Shown here: in pieces, positions 61,801 to 64,000 of the stretch | How the letters are laid out: each line of letters starts with the position of its first letter | How positions within the stretch are numbered: position 1 is the stretch's first letter | From: Calcarisporiella thermophila CBS 279.70 | Taxonomy: Eukaryota; Fungi; Calcarisporiellomycota | Direction of reading: 5' to 3' | Assembly: GCF_041956535.1 (NCBI RefSeq) | Contig: NW_027192210.1 | Coordinates: 318,021 to 382,020, forward strand | DNA length: 64,000 bases | Program-made: the position numbers and the translations under genes | The notes under the pieces: generated by a model | The model's input: only the letters and a program-made list of their open reading frames with translations | What the model was told of the DNA's origin: nothing | Databases searched by the model: none

Positions 61801-63636
61801 AAGGTATTGATAGTGTTGCTGAGTGGGGCGGGGGGGATGAGAAGAGAGGGGAAACAAAAGGTGAGAGAGCATTTTAGTCAAATAACTCACAAAATTTCCA
61901 AAAAGCAAGAGTTCTCAGTAGCCCATACCATTCCATGGTTAATATTGTTCAAACGCACACGACATTGCCCCATTCTCACCCTCAGCTCCACGGGTATGTC
62001 GGCGCGTTTTCGCGCCTTTTCTATTGATTCTTCGGTTCGATCGTGCCAGTTTTCATCGTATTCGTTGTCGTTGTCCACCCCTGTAGCCTCCATATTATCC
62101 CAGTGGGTTTCCGCGGCACGGCCTTGTAGCAAGCGACAGCGGTGTTTGATCACAGTAAGCGCTTTACGGTACTCGCCTGCCTGCATGTATAGTTCAGCCA
62201 GCATATTCACCTCTGTGTAGGAGAAGCCGACGGGACGTCCTGTACGCTGGATTTCTTGAGCAAAATGATCCATTTCCTGCTCAAAAAGCGCAATCCCCTT
62301 AAGTGGATGGCTCATTTCACGGTAGATAGCCGCCAGCTCGCAGACAACGTTCATATGGTGAGGGGCGAGTTGGAGCAGTTTGTTGAAGCCCCTAATGGCC
62401 TAAAAGATAAATGGGAAGAGAAATAGGCCAAAATCACGCAAGCCTATGTTTAGAAGTCTATTCCAGCCAACATAACTCCTAGTGAATATCTACCTGAGGG
62501 AATTTCTTCTCCTCCTTGTATAAAAATGCTCGATCCCATATTGTGTCGACGTCGGTTGGATCCGCTTTGATCGCCTGCCCCAAACAGTATATAGCTTCCT
62601 GAATCATTCCTTGCTCTCTAATACAAGGGGGCGGGTTTTCACCATGCAGTGAAGAGAGTTTTCAAGATGCGAAATACTACCTAGCCATCTGTCCAAGACG
62701 CTTCCAGGTGTCTCCGTCCCGAGGCATAAGATGAGCAGCGACGAGACCAAAGCGAAGACCTTTCTGCATGTCCCCGAGCTCCTCGTAGATCAGACCAAGG
62801 GATACCCATGCTTGATGGATAGAGGGGGCCTTGGCAATGACCTGCTCGTAAATGTTGATGGCTTCTTCGTATTCCTGGTTGATGTAGTGCAGATTGGCCT
62901 TTCCTAACATTTCCTGGACATCGGCCGGCAATCTCTTTGGCATGCCTGCGCGACCCTGTTCATGTTTTTAAATAAAAAATGAATCGTACAGAATGAGGGT
63001 CAGTGGATAAAGCCAAGGAAGGTACATGGACGCAAGCACGTACTTTTTTTGGCTTTTGTTTCCTCGGGGCTCTCAGTTTTTTGACGTTTTGCGACGATAT
63101 CGCTATTTCCATTTCTTCATTGAAGTCCTCCATATCTTCCTGCTCAGCCTCGAACGCAGAATCCTCGTCCCCAGTCTCATAATATTTGCCAGTAGCATCC
63201 CTTTTGGCGGCTGCCACCATTTGCCTAAGAGCCACAAAGAAGATGAGGAATGGACACGGTACTTAAACAGAGGCGCTGCGGCCACCTGCGGCACTTACTT
63301 GACGGAATACTCTCCTTCCACCTCATCCTCGTCAATCTCCTCTTCTGGTTCGTCTTCCTCGGCAAATTCGTCGTGTTCAGTAATGTGGGAAGGGGAAGAT
63401 CGCTCCTCAACTTCAGGTAGAGGAAGAAGTGGCTGTGGAACCGGGCGTTCGACGAATGTGGGGGCGACTAGATCGGTCGCGACGCGTGTCTTTGAAGATC
63501 CTTCAAGAGGGTCTTCGTGCTGAGGCGGGTGATGATCGCCAAGAAAACGCGACAACTCTTGTTCTTCATCATCGCTAGCACTAAGCAGACCAAAAAAGGA
63601 CCGCGACGATTGTCCCGATCTCTTTTCTTCCGTCAT
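58885..63636 (-). CDS. TFC4: TFIIIC TPR subunit Tfc4/tau131 (GTF3C3), multi-exon
   Basis: Acidic N-terminus; TPRs MLGKANLHYI...QAWVSLGLIYEELGD...VAAHLMPRD; PVELRVRMGQC; QEAAYNLARAFH; LRQEAAYNLAMLY...AQMLLRKYCTI*. Confidence 0.93.
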
Positions 63637-64000
63637 TTTTTACCTTGGCATCCAACGAAATGGCCGACCAAGTTAGGAATCAAATGAAAAAAGAAGTGCC
63701 AGGTTTCAGACAACCTAATATACGTCATCTTATGACGAAAGCTTTCCTCCTTCAATATTGGAATCGTTGGAAATTTTTACCAAATAATGCATATAGGTTT
63801 TTTAACTAATATTACCTAGAGCCACAATTTCCACAAAATTTAAACATGTACTCCCCCATTTTTCTCTTTTTCTATTCCCCTGTGCTCGAGGCTCTCACTC
63901 GTTGATCACCCTCAAACTCAATTGCGGTCACTTAACCCGACTCTACCATCTTGCCTCTTTGTTAAAGGCGCACCGTCATGAGATTTGTACGGATAGTATT

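Overview
Gene-dense, intron-rich eukaryotic DNA from a fungus; the gene content suggests an early-diverging lineage such as Zoopagomycota or Mucoromycota (inference only). It holds about 23 protein-coding genes with short GT-AG introns; I found no supportable tRNA, rRNA, CRISPR array or intact transposon. Recognisable genes: FAD-linked oxidase (partial), WDR83/MORG1, an MtfA-like C2H2 factor, RPL23, a Puf4/5-type PUF, SCJ1-type ER Hsp40, CHS5, a VARP-like VPS9 protein, a GPI cupredoxin, class IV chitin synthase, an Mfg1/PtaB-like LDB protein, a SEL1-repeat Chs4/Skt5-like protein, SPA2, a peroxisomal ABCD transporter, a bacterial-type cytidylate kinase, COG2 and TFC4. Top observation: two secreted precursors about 18 kb apart (1921-2835 and 20480-21153) share an unrecognised ~56-aa module. 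In each, the module lies in a segment that follows a Kex2-type KR site and starts with Gln. One precursor fuses it behind a His1 Egh16/DUF3129-like domain, the other in front of a polycationic Lys/Ser tail. Other highlights: a CHS5/class IV CHS/CHS4/SPA2 neighbourhood, an intron-containing bacterial-type cmk, a 4-nt microexon in RPL23, an intron that switches a protein between secreted and membrane forms, and a small zipperless basic-region protein with a Tyr/Gly-rich tail. Exon boundaries were worked out by eye.
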